Origin: an uncultured delta proteobacterium
GTDB lineage: Bacteria; Desulfobacterota; BSN033; UBA1163
DNA: 64,000 nucleotides
Direction: 5' to 3'
NCBI GenBank assembly: GCA_963708295.1
Contig: CAVPSJ010000007.1
Coordinates: forward strand, 165,797-229,796
Positions 49,702-59,084 of the stretch are shown here, piece after piece. The notes under the pieces are model-generated. The model was given only the letters and a program-made list of their open reading frames with translations, did no database searches and was not told where the DNA came from. A program made the translations under genes and the position numbers. Each line of letters starts with the position of its first letter. Position 1 is the stretch's first letter.

Positions 49702-50706
49702 TCATTCACAGATCATCCATTTTTCAATCTCTCCTCTCGCAATGGGTGAAGCGAGAAGGGATTGAGAGTGATCTTCATCCACACCTTTATAGGTTACCTC
49801 TACATCCCATAAATCCTTAGCCTTGCCATAGTGAGCGGTAATGGCCGCCGCCTTTTCAATATCCCTGTCATCAACCTTCCCTCTCAAAAGGGAAAGAGGT
49901 CCAGGGAAGCCGGACACCTTGAACAAGATGTCCTTGCCTTGAGCAAAGGTCTGGATCTTTTGATTCTCCTCCTCCTGCCTTCCAACGACCAATTTGGCCC
50001 CCGGGGAAAAACGAAAATGCCTTCCCATCTTGAGCAGGTGAACGTCGTTCAGGGAAAAATCGGGATCGTGAACCATCAAGTCCTTCATCCTCTTTGCAAA
50101 TCCGGGATCTGTCAAAAGACATCCCCCCGCAGGGCACGGATAGTCGTGAATGCCATAATGGTCTGCCAACGCAATCTGGGGCTTTCTTGACCGACCCTGG
50201 ACCCTCAGGAGCTTTTCCCGATCCACCCATCCTTCCTTCTCTGGCACGGTGACAGGAAGAGCCTTCGCCGAGAGGGGCCTCAGGATGAGACCTTCAAGAC
50301 CCGCCTCCCTTTCGATCAGCCGCATCGCGTCTCTTCGTTGAGACATGGGCCTCTGCCCGAGCACTTCACCCGTTATAATGAAAGCGGCCCCCGACTCCTC
50401 CATATGGGCCTTTGCCTTTTTGAGCATGAAAATCCGGCAATCAATGCACGGATTCATATTTCTTCCATAACCATGTTTGGGATTCTTCACCACGCACAAA
50501 TACTCTTCAGAAACATTCAATACCTTGAGAGGGATGCCCAGCGCCTCCACCGCCTTCTGCGAAGCCAGACAGGTTGCTCCCCGTTGGGTGCAGGTGCAGA
50601 AGACGGTCATGAAATTGAGCGCCTCCAGTCCGACTCCCTGCTCCATCATGACCCTGGCCGCAAGTGTGCTGTCGAGCCCCCCGGACAGGAGGGCGATTGC
50701 CTTCAT
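49702..50706 (-). CDS. PP-loop tRNA sulfurtransferase, ThiI-like without THUMP (DUF814-type C-terminus)
   Basis: SGGLDS, NPCIDCR, TGEVLGQRPMSQ, PAGGCLLT, GRHFR. Confidence 0.8.
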   Translation of the reverse strand: MKAIALLSGGLDSTLAARVMMEQGVGLEALNFMTVFCTCTQRGATCLASQKAVEALGIPLKVLNVSEEYLCVVKNPKHGYGRNMNPCIDCRIFMLKKAKAHMEESGAAFIITGEVLGQRPMSQRRDAMRLIEREAGLEGLILRPLSAKALPVTVPEKEGWVDREKLLRVQGRSRKPQIALADHYGIHDYPCPAGGCLLTDPGFAKRMKDLMVHDPDFSLNDVHLLKMGRHFRFSPGAKLVVGRQEEENQKIQTFAQGKDILFKVSGFPGPLSLLRGKVDDRDIEKAAAITAHYGKAKDLWDVEVTYKGVDEDHSQSLLASPIARGEIEKWMICE

Positions 50707-51518
50707 CCTAAAACCTCATTCATCGATCCTGACCGAAAACCCTGAAGGTCCAATGTAATATAGCGGTACCCCATCCCTTTCAAATGATTCACCACTTCTT
50801 CTCTCAAAGAGCCATTCATGAGGCGTCCCATTTCTTCTGTGAGGACTTCGATTCTCGCTAAATTCCCGTAGTGACGGACCCGAACCTGCTTAAACCCCAA
50901 TCCAAACAGGAAATCCTCCGCCTGATCCACCCGTCTCAATCCCTCTTCCGTAATTTCTTCCCCGTAAGGAAAGCGCGACGCCAGACAGGCGAAAGACGGC
51001 TTGTCCCAGGTGGGAAGTCCCAAAGCTCTGGATAATTCTCTGACCTCAGGTTTCACGAAGCCCGCCTCTTTCAGGGGACTTTTGATCCCCAGTTCCTGCA
51101 TGGCCCTCTTCCCCGGTCTATGATCCCGATCGTCGTCCAGGGTGGAGCCTTCGATAACGAAGGGAATGGCTTCTTCCTTGGCAAGGTCCAGCAATTCCTC
51201 GAAGAGCTTGCTCTTACAATAGTAGCATCGGTCCGGGGGATTCTTTGAAAACCCGGGGATCTCCATCTCATTCGAATGGATCAACCGGTGCCTCACTCCC
51301 GAGGCTTGAACCAGTCTCTTCACTCCGTTCAATTCTCTCTCGGGATAAAGGGGAGAGAGAGCGGTGACGGCGAGGACATGATCGTTCCCAAGGGTCTCTT
51401 GAGCCACCTTCAGGAGGAGTGTACTATCCACTCCACCCGAAAAGGCCACCAGCACCTTCCCCATGTCTTTCAAGATCGCCTTTAACCTTTTATGTTTTTC
51501 TTCAGTCAGCGAATTCAT
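50703..51518 (-). CDS. larE: ATP-dependent sulfur transferase LarE
   Basis: AFSGGVDS, RCYYCK, DHRPG, KPSFACLASRFPYG, RVRH, DLQGFRSGSMN. Confidence 0.9.
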   Translation of the reverse strand: MNSLTEEKHKRLKAILKDMGKVLVAFSGGVDSTLLLKVAQETLGNDHVLAVTALSPLYPERELNGVKRLVQASGVRHRLIHSNEMEIPGFSKNPPDRCYYCKSKLFEELLDLAKEEAIPFVIEGSTLDDDRDHRPGKRAMQELGIKSPLKEAGFVKPEVRELSRALGLPTWDKPSFACLASRFPYGEEITEEGLRRVDQAEDFLFGLGFKQVRVRHYGNLARIEVLTEEMGRLMNGSLREEVVNHLKGMGYRYITLDLQGFRSGSMNEVLG

Positions 51519-51616
51519 CTTCCTTTTGTGATCGGCTGCCCCATCTGCTCAGAGAATATCATCCCCCAGCGTGAGCCACGTTACTGTGTTTGTCTTTCAC
51601 TTATAACTCATAACTC

Positions 51617-52699
51617 TCAACTCAAAACTTCCTTAATCCACCCTCCCCCCAGGAGGGTTTCTCCATGATAAAAAACCGCCGCCTGGCCGGGGGTGATCGC
51701 CTTCTGGGGGAACTGAAACTTCACTTCCAATTTTCCTTCCCCTTTTTGGAAGAGGCTTGCCTCCGAACCAGGATGATTATACCGAATCTTCACGTGAGCA
51801 TGATGGAAAGGAACCGTCTCGGGAGGGACAATCCAATTGATCGAATCGACGAGGAAGGTGTCACTGAGGACTTCTTCCGCTCCTCCCACAACGATCGTGT
51901 TCTTTTCTCGGTCGATCTTAATCACATAAAGGGGCTTTCCTTTTGCCAACCCGAGACCCCTTCGCTGGCCGATGGTATAGAAAGGGATACCCTTATGTCT
52001 TCCCAAGACTCTGCCATCCTTGTCCAGGATGGGGCCGGACTCCACGGGTACTTTCAGCCTCTCTGATAGAAAGGAATGATAGGAGGTCTCCTGAATGAAA
52101 CACACCTCCTGACTTTCCGCTTTGTCATGGACCCGAAGTTCCAACTGAAGCGCCTTCCATCTCACTTCCTCCTTTCGGAGGTCTCCCAACGGGAACAGAA
52201 TACGGCGAAATTGATCTTGCGTTAAGGAGAAAAGGACGTAGGACTGATCCTTCCTTCGATCCACTCCTTTTCTCAAGAGATAACGCCCGGTCCCCTCATC
52301 GAAACCCACTCTTGCATAATGGCCTGTCGCCAAGAAATCGGCCCCCAGTTCCATTGCCTTTTTCAAAAAAGATCCAAACTTTATCTTCTCATTGCAGAGA
52401 ATGCAGGGATTGGGCGTTTTTCCCTGAATGTACTCTCTGCAAAAATACTGGATGACTTCCTCTTCAAACTCCTCTCTCATAGGGATGACATAAAAGGGAA
52501 TTCCAAGGTGAAGTGCAACGCGTCTCGCATCTTCGATATCGGAAAGACTGCAACATCGGACCGGACCTCCCTGGGCCTTGTCCCCCGTGCCGATGCACAT
52601 GGTTGCCCCGATCACCTCATAACCCTTCTCTTTCAGAAGCCCGGCGGCCGTACTCGAATCCACCCCCCCGCTCATTCCAACGACAACTCTTTGCTTCAA
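51617..52699 (-). CDS. mnmA: tRNA 2-thiouridine(34) synthase
   Basis: MSGGVDSS, TPNPCILCN..KFG, ATGHY, KDQSY, ESQEVCF, YTIGQRRG, TPGQ. Confidence 0.95.
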   Translation of the reverse strand: MKQRVVVGMSGGVDSSTAAGLLKEKGYEVIGATMCIGTGDKAQGGPVRCCSLSDIEDARRVALHLGIPFYVIPMREEFEEEVIQYFCREYIQGKTPNPCILCNEKIKFGSFLKKAMELGADFLATGHYARVGFDEGTGRYLLRKGVDRRKDQSYVLFSLTQDQFRRILFPLGDLRKEEVRWKALQLELRVHDKAESQEVCFIQETSYHSFLSERLKVPVESGPILDKDGRVLGRHKGIPFYTIGQRRGLGLAKGKPLYVIKIDREKNTIVVGGAEEVLSDTFLVDSINWIVPPETVPFHHAHVKIRYNHPGSEASLFQKGEGKLEVKFQFPQKAITPGQAAVFYHGETLLGGGWIKEVLS

Positions 52700-52762
52700 T
52701 CGTGAACCCCGTTGGATGACACCCTTCCTTCCCCCCGCCCATCGAGGAGAGGGGGTGCCTTC

Positions 52763-53170
52763 CTAAAAAAGAATCTCTATTGCCTGATACGGGCAAACCG
52801 GAATGCACAGCTCACAGGCAATGCACTTGTCCCGCCTAAAAGACACTTCCATATTCGTCCTCTGGACATCCAAGGCCTTCGTCGGACAGACGCTGATACA
52901 GGCCGTGCAGTGTGTGCACCGATCCTCGTGCCACTTCACGTCCTGAGCCAGAGATTGAACCTCTACCCCAGTTTCGCTCAGATACTTCAGCCCCGCCTCC
53001 ATCCCGACCTTCTTCCCCGTAAGCTCTAAGACGAGCCTTCCCTGTTCCTTCGGGGTAATCCGGGCTCTCATAATGTTGACGACCAAATCATAGTCCTTGA
53101 CCAGTTTCGATATGACGGGCTGATCGACGAGATGGGAAGGGTAGTTGAGAACAATTCTTTTTTTCTGCAT
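52763..53170 (-). CDS. NIL-domain + 2[4Fe-4S] ferredoxin (MA1822-like partner of COG1900)
   Basis: QPVISKLVKDYDL.VNI.RA; CTHCTACISVCP and CIACELCIPVCP. Confidence 0.88.
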   Translation of the reverse strand: MQKKRIVLNYPSHLVDQPVISKLVKDYDLVVNIMRARITPKEQGRLVLELTGKKVGMEAGLKYLSETGVEVQSLAQDVKWHEDRCTHCTACISVCPTKALDVQRTNMEVSFRRDKCIACELCIPVCPYQAIEILF

Positions 53171-53244
53171 GGTCCACCTCTCTCTCATAGGCAAGGTGCC
53201 AAGAGCATGGAGTTTCCTTTTCCCCATGCCCTCTGCTCTATGCT

Positions 53245-54460
53245 CTACGCTGTTTTTTTAATCGGTCGTTCTTTCAAGGGCTTATAAACAATCCCGGAAT
53301 CGACGGAAGGGAGGAGTTCAACGGGTTGGGTCAAAAAGAACTTCCCCGTTTCAATCCACCCTTTCAAGATCTGAGCGATCCCTCTGGCTTTCAGATAGCT
53401 TGAAAGGCCGGAAGTGGGAATCTCTTTTCCCTGGACCGTAATCTTGCCGCTTTTGAGTTGCTTGTAATTCACCTCTCCGATGCTGCCGGGAATGTTTTGA
53501 GGATAGGCGTCGCTGTAGTCCACCACTTGGGCTAAGATCTCTTCATCCCGAACCGCAGCATGACGAAGCATCTCTTCATTCAGAATGGGGATGGGAACTC
53601 CGATCCCTACGGTGAGGGTAACCCCATAGCCGGTAAAGGAAGTCCCTCGAAGCCATTTCGGGCTCATCATTTTGAGATCTCCGGTGACACAGAGCGTGCC
53701 CGAAGGCGATTTCGGGAACCCCTGCCTCGGTTCTCTTCACCCCTGGATTGTGCTGGGTGCCATGACCCACCACATACCCTACCCCTCCTCCGAGGAAGAT
53801 TCGGGTTCCAATGCCTATGGTTTTGTAAAGGGGGTCATTGAGCAAAGGACTCAGTTGCCCTGCGCTGCAATAATTCGCGTTGCCCATCTTGGGCTGGAGA
53901 ACCCCCATATAGGTATAGATCACCTTCTCCGAGAGATTGACGGCCACATTGTAGTTCTGATAGGCGTTCCGGATGTTCAAAAGAACCGCCTCGTTCATAT
54001 CCTTCAGGGAAATATAAGTCTCCAGGGCTTTTCTGGGATAGCAGTCCGTCCCGTAGGCGGTCGCCGTCAGCCTAACGTCCTTTCCTGCAACCAGTTCTTC
54101 AATGACATAGGCGCCCCCATAAGCAAATTTTCCAGGGAAGATCTTATTCCTCGGGTCATCTTCGGGCATTGCCGTCGCCCCCAGATAAAAATCCACCGCT
54201 GCTAACCCCGTATAGACCGGGACATCGTTGAGAGAGGTCCTTCCCCCTCCCAGCTTGATCCTGGGCTTCGTGTGACCGACGTTGAAATAAGCCCCGGAAG
54301 AGCACATCGGGCCGAAAGTTCCTGTCGTGACCACATCCACTTCCTGAGCCGCCCTTTTCATCCCCTTTCCAGCGGCATAGTCGATAATCTCCTCAGCCGT
54401 TAAGACAACCGCTTTTCCCTTCTTGATCTTCTCATTTATTTCCTCAATGGTCTTGGCCAT
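53245..54460 (-). CDS. L-aspartate semialdehyde sulfurtransferase, homocysteine biosynthesis (COG1900/DUF39); frameshift near 53700
   Basis: KTIEEINEKI, VDVVTTGTFGPMCSSG, YGTDCYPR, RNAYQNY, GQLSPL.NDP; GYGVTL.VGIG.PIP in ORF 53245-53670. Confidence 0.85.
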
Positions 54461-54489
54461 GCTTTCCTCCACTCATCTGTTTCAAACTT

Positions 54490-54680
54490 GGGATTTTTGG
54501 ATTTTAGGCTTTTCCGGGGAAAATCCGAAATCCTAATATTGGACGAAGCGTCCGTCTCGGGCCAACCCGAAATAAATTCAAAATCCAAATTTTCCAAATT
54601 CTAAACTTCTCATTTCGGTCATTTGAATTTCGAAAATTCGTGCTTGTTTCGGATTTCGTGCTTCGTATTTCGAATTTGAA
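54490..54680. repeat. Degenerate heptanucleotide tandem repeats arranged as an inverted pair
   Basis: AAATCCG-AAATCCT..AAATTCA-AAATCCA opposite GAATTTC..ATTTCGT-GCTTCGT-ATTTCGA; similar tracts near 4010-4310, 10470-10520, 15535-15660, 51595-51620, 53200-53250. Confidence 0.65.
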
Positions 54681-54684
54681 TAAA

Positions 54685-55617
54685 CTATTTTGACTCGTTG
54701 AACAACCAGGTGCTGATATACCGTTCTCCCGTATCGGGCAGTAAAACCACAATCATTTTCCCTTCACTCTCCTGCCTCTTCGCTACCTCAATGGCCGCCC
54801 ACGTCGCTGCACCAGAAGAAATTCCCGCTAACACCCCTTCTTCTTTGGCCAGCCTCCTCGCCAATAACCCCGCATCCTCGTTTGATACCTTGATCACCTC
54901 ATCGATCAGGTCCATTCGAAGCACCTCCGGAACAAAGCCTGCACCGATCCCCTGGATCTTGTGGGATCCCGGTCTTCCTCCGGAAAGGACCGGAGAACTC
55001 TCTGGCTCCACGGCGATGGCCTTAAATCCTGGTTTCTTTCTTTTGATCACATCAGAAATTCCAGTAATCGTCCCTCCCGTTCCGACCCCCGCCACCAAAA
55101 CATCCACACGTCCATCGGTATCTTCCCAGATTTCCGACGCAGTCGTCTTTCTGTGGATTTCGGGATTCGCCGGATTCTTAAATTGTTGGGGGACAAAATA
55201 ACGGGAATCTTTGGATGCCATCTCCTCCGCCGTCTTCACCGCACCGGTCATCCCCTCGTTTCCAGGCGTCAGAACCACGTGTGCTCCAAACATCCTAAGA
55301 AGATGAATTCGTTCAGCGGACATCGTATCCGGCATCGTTAGAACCAACGGATAACCTTTCGCCGCGCAGATAAACGCCAAAGCGATCCCCGTATTTCCGC
55401 TGGTAGGCTCCAGAACAATCGTATCCTCTCTTATCAAGCCCGCCTTCTCAGCCGCTTCGATCATGGAAAAACCAATACGATCCTTGATGCTTCCGCAGGG
55501 GTTGAAGGACTCAAGTTTTGCGATGACCTCTCCCTGACACCCCCTGGCAATGCGATTCAATCTCAATAACGGTGTATGTCCTATCAATTCAGAAATGAAG
55601 CCGGCTATTTTCGCCAT
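54685..55617 (-). CDS. cysK: Cysteine synthase A (O-acetylserine sulfhydrylase)
   Basis: [50 protein letters not shown]. Confidence 0.95.
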   Translation of the reverse strand: MAKIAGFISELIGHTPLLRLNRIARGCQGEVIAKLESFNPCGSIKDRIGFSMIEAAEKAGLIREDTIVLEPTSGNTGIALAFICAAKGYPLVLTMPDTMSAERIHLLRMFGAHVVLTPGNEGMTGAVKTAEEMASKDSRYFVPQQFKNPANPEIHRKTTASEIWEDTDGRVDVLVAGVGTGGTITGISDVIKRKKPGFKAIAVEPESSPVLSGGRPGSHKIQGIGAGFVPEVLRMDLIDEVIKVSNEDAGLLARRLAKEEGVLAGISSGAATWAAIEVAKRQESEGKMIVVLLPDTGERYISTWLFNESK

Positions 55618-55707
55618 GGCTGATCCTCTACTGAAAAATCCATCTCGCTTGCTTTCTCCCCGCAAGGCGGGGCGAAGACAGGGATTTCGTGCTTCGTATT
55701 TTCGCTT

Positions 55708-56151
55708 TTAAATCTGGTACATGGCAGAGCTGCTTTTTTCTTTTTCTCTTTTTCGATTGACCATGTCTTCTAAAGTCACCGAATAAAAGATTTTAGAAAT
55801 AGCATCTGAGACTTCTTTCCAAATTTCGCGAGTCACGCAGGACGAAACTTTTTGGCAGGCCTTCGCATCCCGTAAACATTCAAGCAAATTGAGAGGACCT
55901 TCCAGAGTTTCAATCACATCATACAAGCAGATTTCAGAAGGGGGTTTGGCTAAAGAATATCCGCCTTTCGCTCCTCGAATCGCTTTCACCAACCCATCCG
56001 TGCGAAGTGGATTAATGACTTGCTCAAGATATTTTAGGGATATACTTTCTTTCTTGGCGATCTCTTTCAGTTCAATGGGGCCCTCTCCATAATGCGAGGC
56101 GAGCTCTACCATTGCCCTGGCTCCGTATCTAATTTTGGTTGATATTCTCAT
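55708..56151 (-). CDS. Rrf2-family transcriptional regulator (IscR/CymR-like, three Cys)
   Basis: ISTKIRYG, YLEQ, RGAKGGY.LAK, C..C..C in the C-terminal half. Confidence 0.9.
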   Translation of the reverse strand: MRISTKIRYGARAMVELASHYGEGPIELKEIAKKESISLKYLEQVINPLRTDGLVKAIRGAKGGYSLAKPPSEICLYDVIETLEGPLNLLECLRDAKACQKVSSCVTREIWKEVSDAISKIFYSVTLEDMVNRKREKEKSSSAMYQI

Positions 56152-56158
56152 GGGTTAT

Positions 56159-56219
56159 AAAATCATACTTTTTCTATATGAATTAAACCTTCTTAACCTA
56201 ATCCTTCATGAATTGTCAA
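56159..56219 (-). promoter_or_regulatory. Promoter and candidate Rrf2 operator of the sulfur operon
   Basis: Perfect -35 TTGACA (56219-56214); imperfect AT-rich palindrome AATCATAC-TTTTTC-TATATGAATT just upstream of the ATG. Confidence 0.5.
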
Positions 56220-56377
56220 GGGGAGTAATCGGACTTTCCCGCCCCCGGTTTCTTAAATTATTGGCGTTAAACCGGAGAAGGGTTTACCCGGGCCATTGAT
56301 GAGAAGAAAAAAACTGAGAGAGGGCAAGTCGTGATCGAGCTGTTGGGATGAGCGGTAAGAGCGGCAAGGAGGGCTAT

Positions 56378-57769
56378 CTAGAGGACCTTTACTTTCAAAA
56401 CTTTCTTTGTCTTCTCGGTAATCTTTACCCGTTCGTCGATCCTGTACCCGACCACCCAAGCAATCCTCTCCTCTGAAATGAGCAGGGGAACGCTCGGCCT
56501 CTCAAACTTTGGAACCTTATGGTCGATAAAGAAATCTTTCAACTTCTGAGTCCCCTTGACTCCTAACGGACAGAATCGATCGCCTGGTTTGAAATTCCTC
56601 ACCTTTAGCGGAAATCGAAGGTTTTCGTAATCCATCAGAGCCATGGTGGGGGGACCGTTGTAATCCTTGAATTGATCTCGATCCGTCTCTTCAACGACCA
56701 CCTCTCTTCCAATCTCTTTGATAAACGTATGGCCTGGGGAAAGGAGGTCGATTTCAAAGGGAGATGAGGGTTTGACATCTCTCTTCCCCAATAAAACAAC
56801 GTCATACCGTTTCTCAATCCAGAATCCATGGGCCAGCTCTAAAAGGAAGCTCGCAGAAGACTGATGCAGATTCTGAAAAACCTTAAGAACGTCCGCTCTT
56901 CCTCCGTCCTCCGTGACAGTTCCCCCATCCTGAACCCTCTCAATAATCTTCCTGATCACTCTCCACTGAACAGCCCGATGAAGGGATTGGTATTCAGACC
57001 ATTTGAAGGAGAGGGTATCCTTCGCCTCATGGACCATCTTCTGATAGACCTCCTCTGTTCCCCTCTCCAAATAATCATCCTCTTCCCTGAGGATGGTTGA
57101 AGCCTTCAAAAGGGTCCTCTTGAAATGCGGCTGAAATTCCTTTTCAATGAATGGCACGAGGGCAAGGCGTATTCTATTCCGAAGATAGTCCTTTTTTGAA
57201 TTGGAGGAATCTGATAAAAAGGGAATCTTTTTCTCCAGGGCAAAGGACTCGATCTCCTCCCTCCAGACCTCAAGAAGAGGTCGGATCACCCTTCGCTCCC
57301 GAATGGGGAGGATCCCTTTGAGACCCCGTAACCCGGATCCCCTGATCAATCTTAAGAGGATCGTCTCCACCTGATCATCCGCATGATGGCCCAAGGCGAT
57401 CTTTTGAGCGCGATGCTTGCGGAGAAGGTCATAAAAGAAATGGAAACGAATCCTTCTGGCCGCATCCTGCGGGGAAAGCCCTCCCAGTTTTTGGAACTCC
57501 CTTACGTTGAATTGCCCGTATTCAAACGGCAGACGAAGCCGCGCTGACTCCTTTTGAACCAGCTCGGCTTCTCTCTCTGACTCCTCAGGTCGAAAACCAT
57601 GATTGACATGAGCAACGATGAGGGAAAGGTCAAATGTTACTCGGCAGGCATTCAAGAGATGGAGAAGGACCATTGAATCCACGCCACCCGAGACACCCAC
57701 AATCAGCCCGTCGCCTTTTTCCAAGAGGCAGTAGCGGTCAATGGTCCTTTTGACTCGATCGAATAACAT
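56378..57769 (-). CDS. tilS: tRNA(Ile)-lysidine synthetase
   Basis: VSGGVDS, HVNHG.R, GHHADDQVET, RPLL, DSSN, RNRIR, KLKDFFID.KVP. Confidence 0.95.
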   Translation of the reverse strand: MLFDRVKRTIDRYCLLEKGDGLIVGVSGGVDSMVLLHLLNACRVTFDLSLIVAHVNHGFRPEESEREAELVQKESARLRLPFEYGQFNVREFQKLGGLSPQDAARRIRFHFFYDLLRKHRAQKIALGHHADDQVETILLRLIRGSGLRGLKGILPIRERRVIRPLLEVWREEIESFALEKKIPFLSDSSNSKKDYLRNRIRLALVPFIEKEFQPHFKRTLLKASTILREEDDYLERGTEEVYQKMVHEAKDTLSFKWSEYQSLHRAVQWRVIRKIIERVQDGGTVTEDGGRADVLKVFQNLHQSSASFLLELAHGFWIEKRYDVVLLGKRDVKPSSPFEIDLLSPGHTFIKEIGREVVVEETDRDQFKDYNGPPTMALMDYENLRFPLKVRNFKPGDRFCPLGVKGTQKLKDFFIDHKVPKFERPSVPLLISEERIAWVVGYRIDERVKITEKTKKVLKVKVL

Positions 57770-57777
57770 ACTCCACA

Positions 57778-58257
57778 CTACATCTTCTTTTCTCCCAAAG
57801 GACCGACGGCGATCAACACCCTGGTCATCCCTGTCCATGTTTCAGTGATTCTGATGTTGCAGGTTTTATCAGGCTTTGAGAAGGAGAGTTGGGTCTCTTT
57901 TCCTTTAAAGGTGTTCACGAACTTCCAGTTATCTTTTTCCATATTGTAAACAAAAAATTCGATCAAGGACTGGACATCGAGACGCCATTTTGAAAAACGG
58001 ATAACCCCGGCCTTAAATTTTGCGGTTTCATAGACCATGGATTCATCCGCTTTGTAATTCAGTTCGCTCGGGACACGGACATCATCAAGGTAATATTGCC
58101 CTCCCCCCTCCCATTCCCTGGTTTCTCCCGTTGGTCCTGTCACCGGTTGACCTTGCTGCCGTTCTTTAACAGTGGTCGAACACCCCCATACACCCACCAA
58201 ACAGATAACCAACAGCAGAGCAATCACCGATTTTCTACCGAAGATATTTGGATTCAT
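57778..58257 (-). CDS. Lipoprotein of unknown function
   Basis: Signal peptide with lipobox VWGC; DDVRVPSEL..FF..NM.KDNW. Confidence 0.7.
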   Translation of the reverse strand: MNPNIFGRKSVIALLLVICLVGVWGCSTTVKERQQGQPVTGPTGETREWEGGGQYYLDDVRVPSELNYKADESMVYETAKFKAGVIRFSKWRLDVQSLIEFFVYNMEKDNWKFVNTFKGKETQLSFSKPDKTCNIRITETWTGMTRVLIAVGPLGEKKM

Positions 58258-58325
58258 AACATTCCTCCCTTCCGTGAGATCATATGGATTTTTTACCATT
58301 CATGAAGAAGAAAAGCAAGTGGAAA

Positions 58326-58352
58326 TAAAAAAGGCCCGCATGAACGGGCCTT
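58326..58352 (-). terminator. Rho-independent terminator
   Basis: AAGGCCCG-CATGAA-CGGGCCTT hairpin followed by T-tract on minus strand. Confidence 0.7.
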
Positions 58353-58379
58353 AACCACAGATCATTCTGAGAGCTCCGA

Positions 58380-58979
58380 TCAATACATTTTCCCATGGTG
58401 TCCATAACGGTCGGGAGATTCGAGATCGATCGTGACATGGCCAAGTTTTGGGAGATCCCCCTGATCGAAAGGAGCGGGTAGTTTATACGCATACTGTCCT
58501 GGAGTGATCTCGAAAGTAAACGGGAAAACAACTTCGTTACTCTCATTCCCGGCTTTGTCAACCACAGAAACCCTCAATGTAATCTGGGTCCACTCCGGCA
58601 GGTAGGATGTCTTTGAGCTGAAGGTATTCCATTGGATGTAACCTCTGAAATGCTTCTGATATGGGGATTTGAGATAGATCCAATCGGTCGGGTAACGACC
58701 GACGCCCGCCTGATCCACCACAGAGGCAATTCTAAACATCTCTCCATCCGGATCCTCCGCCTCGATGTAGATTTTCCAGATATATCCGTAATAGCCCTTT
58801 TCCACTGCGAAAGCGTGAGCAATGATTGGAGCATGGGTTCCTGGCTTGGGCTGTCCTCCTCCACTGTAAGGAAACAGCTGGGTCCACCCTTTACAAGGGA
58901 GGAAGAAGGTTAATGCCAGCAAAAGACTGATCAAGCAGAAGACTTTCTTGATGTTCATGATCATGACACCTCCCTTCAT
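58380..58979 (-). CDS. Secreted hypothetical protein (beta-rich)
   Basis: Signal-peptide-like N-terminus; AEDPDGE and VVDKAGNESN resemble Ig-like beta-sandwich strands. Confidence 0.6.
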   Translation of the reverse strand: MKGGVMIMNIKKVFCLISLLLALTFFLPCKGWTQLFPYSGGGQPKPGTHAPIIAHAFAVEKGYYGYIWKIYIEAEDPDGEMFRIASVVDQAGVGRYPTDWIYLKSPYQKHFRGYIQWNTFSSKTSYLPEWTQITLRVSVVDKAGNESNEVVFPFTFEITPGQYAYKLPAPFDQGDLPKLGHVTIDLESPDRYGHHGKMY

Positions 58980-59084
58980 TTAAAATATAAGCTTGAGGGG
59001 TATGAATATCAAGGATGGAGTCGGACCACCGGGATGGGGAAGAGTGACTATTATTAGTCCTTAAAGTCAAACAAAATCAAATGG

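Noticed and set aside
141-54460. Frameshifts in arnA (both parts), nitroreductase, aor, pgpH-like, ArnT #4 and #5, the response regulator and COG1900 as pseudogenes or programmed frameshifts
   Set aside because: Scattered indels in unrelated genes with otherwise intact motifs and no shared slippery signal; most simply explained as long-read consensus errors. Read-level checking is needed.
54490-54680. CRISPR array
   Set aside because: Degenerate 7-bp units with no constant repeat/unique spacer pattern and no cas genes
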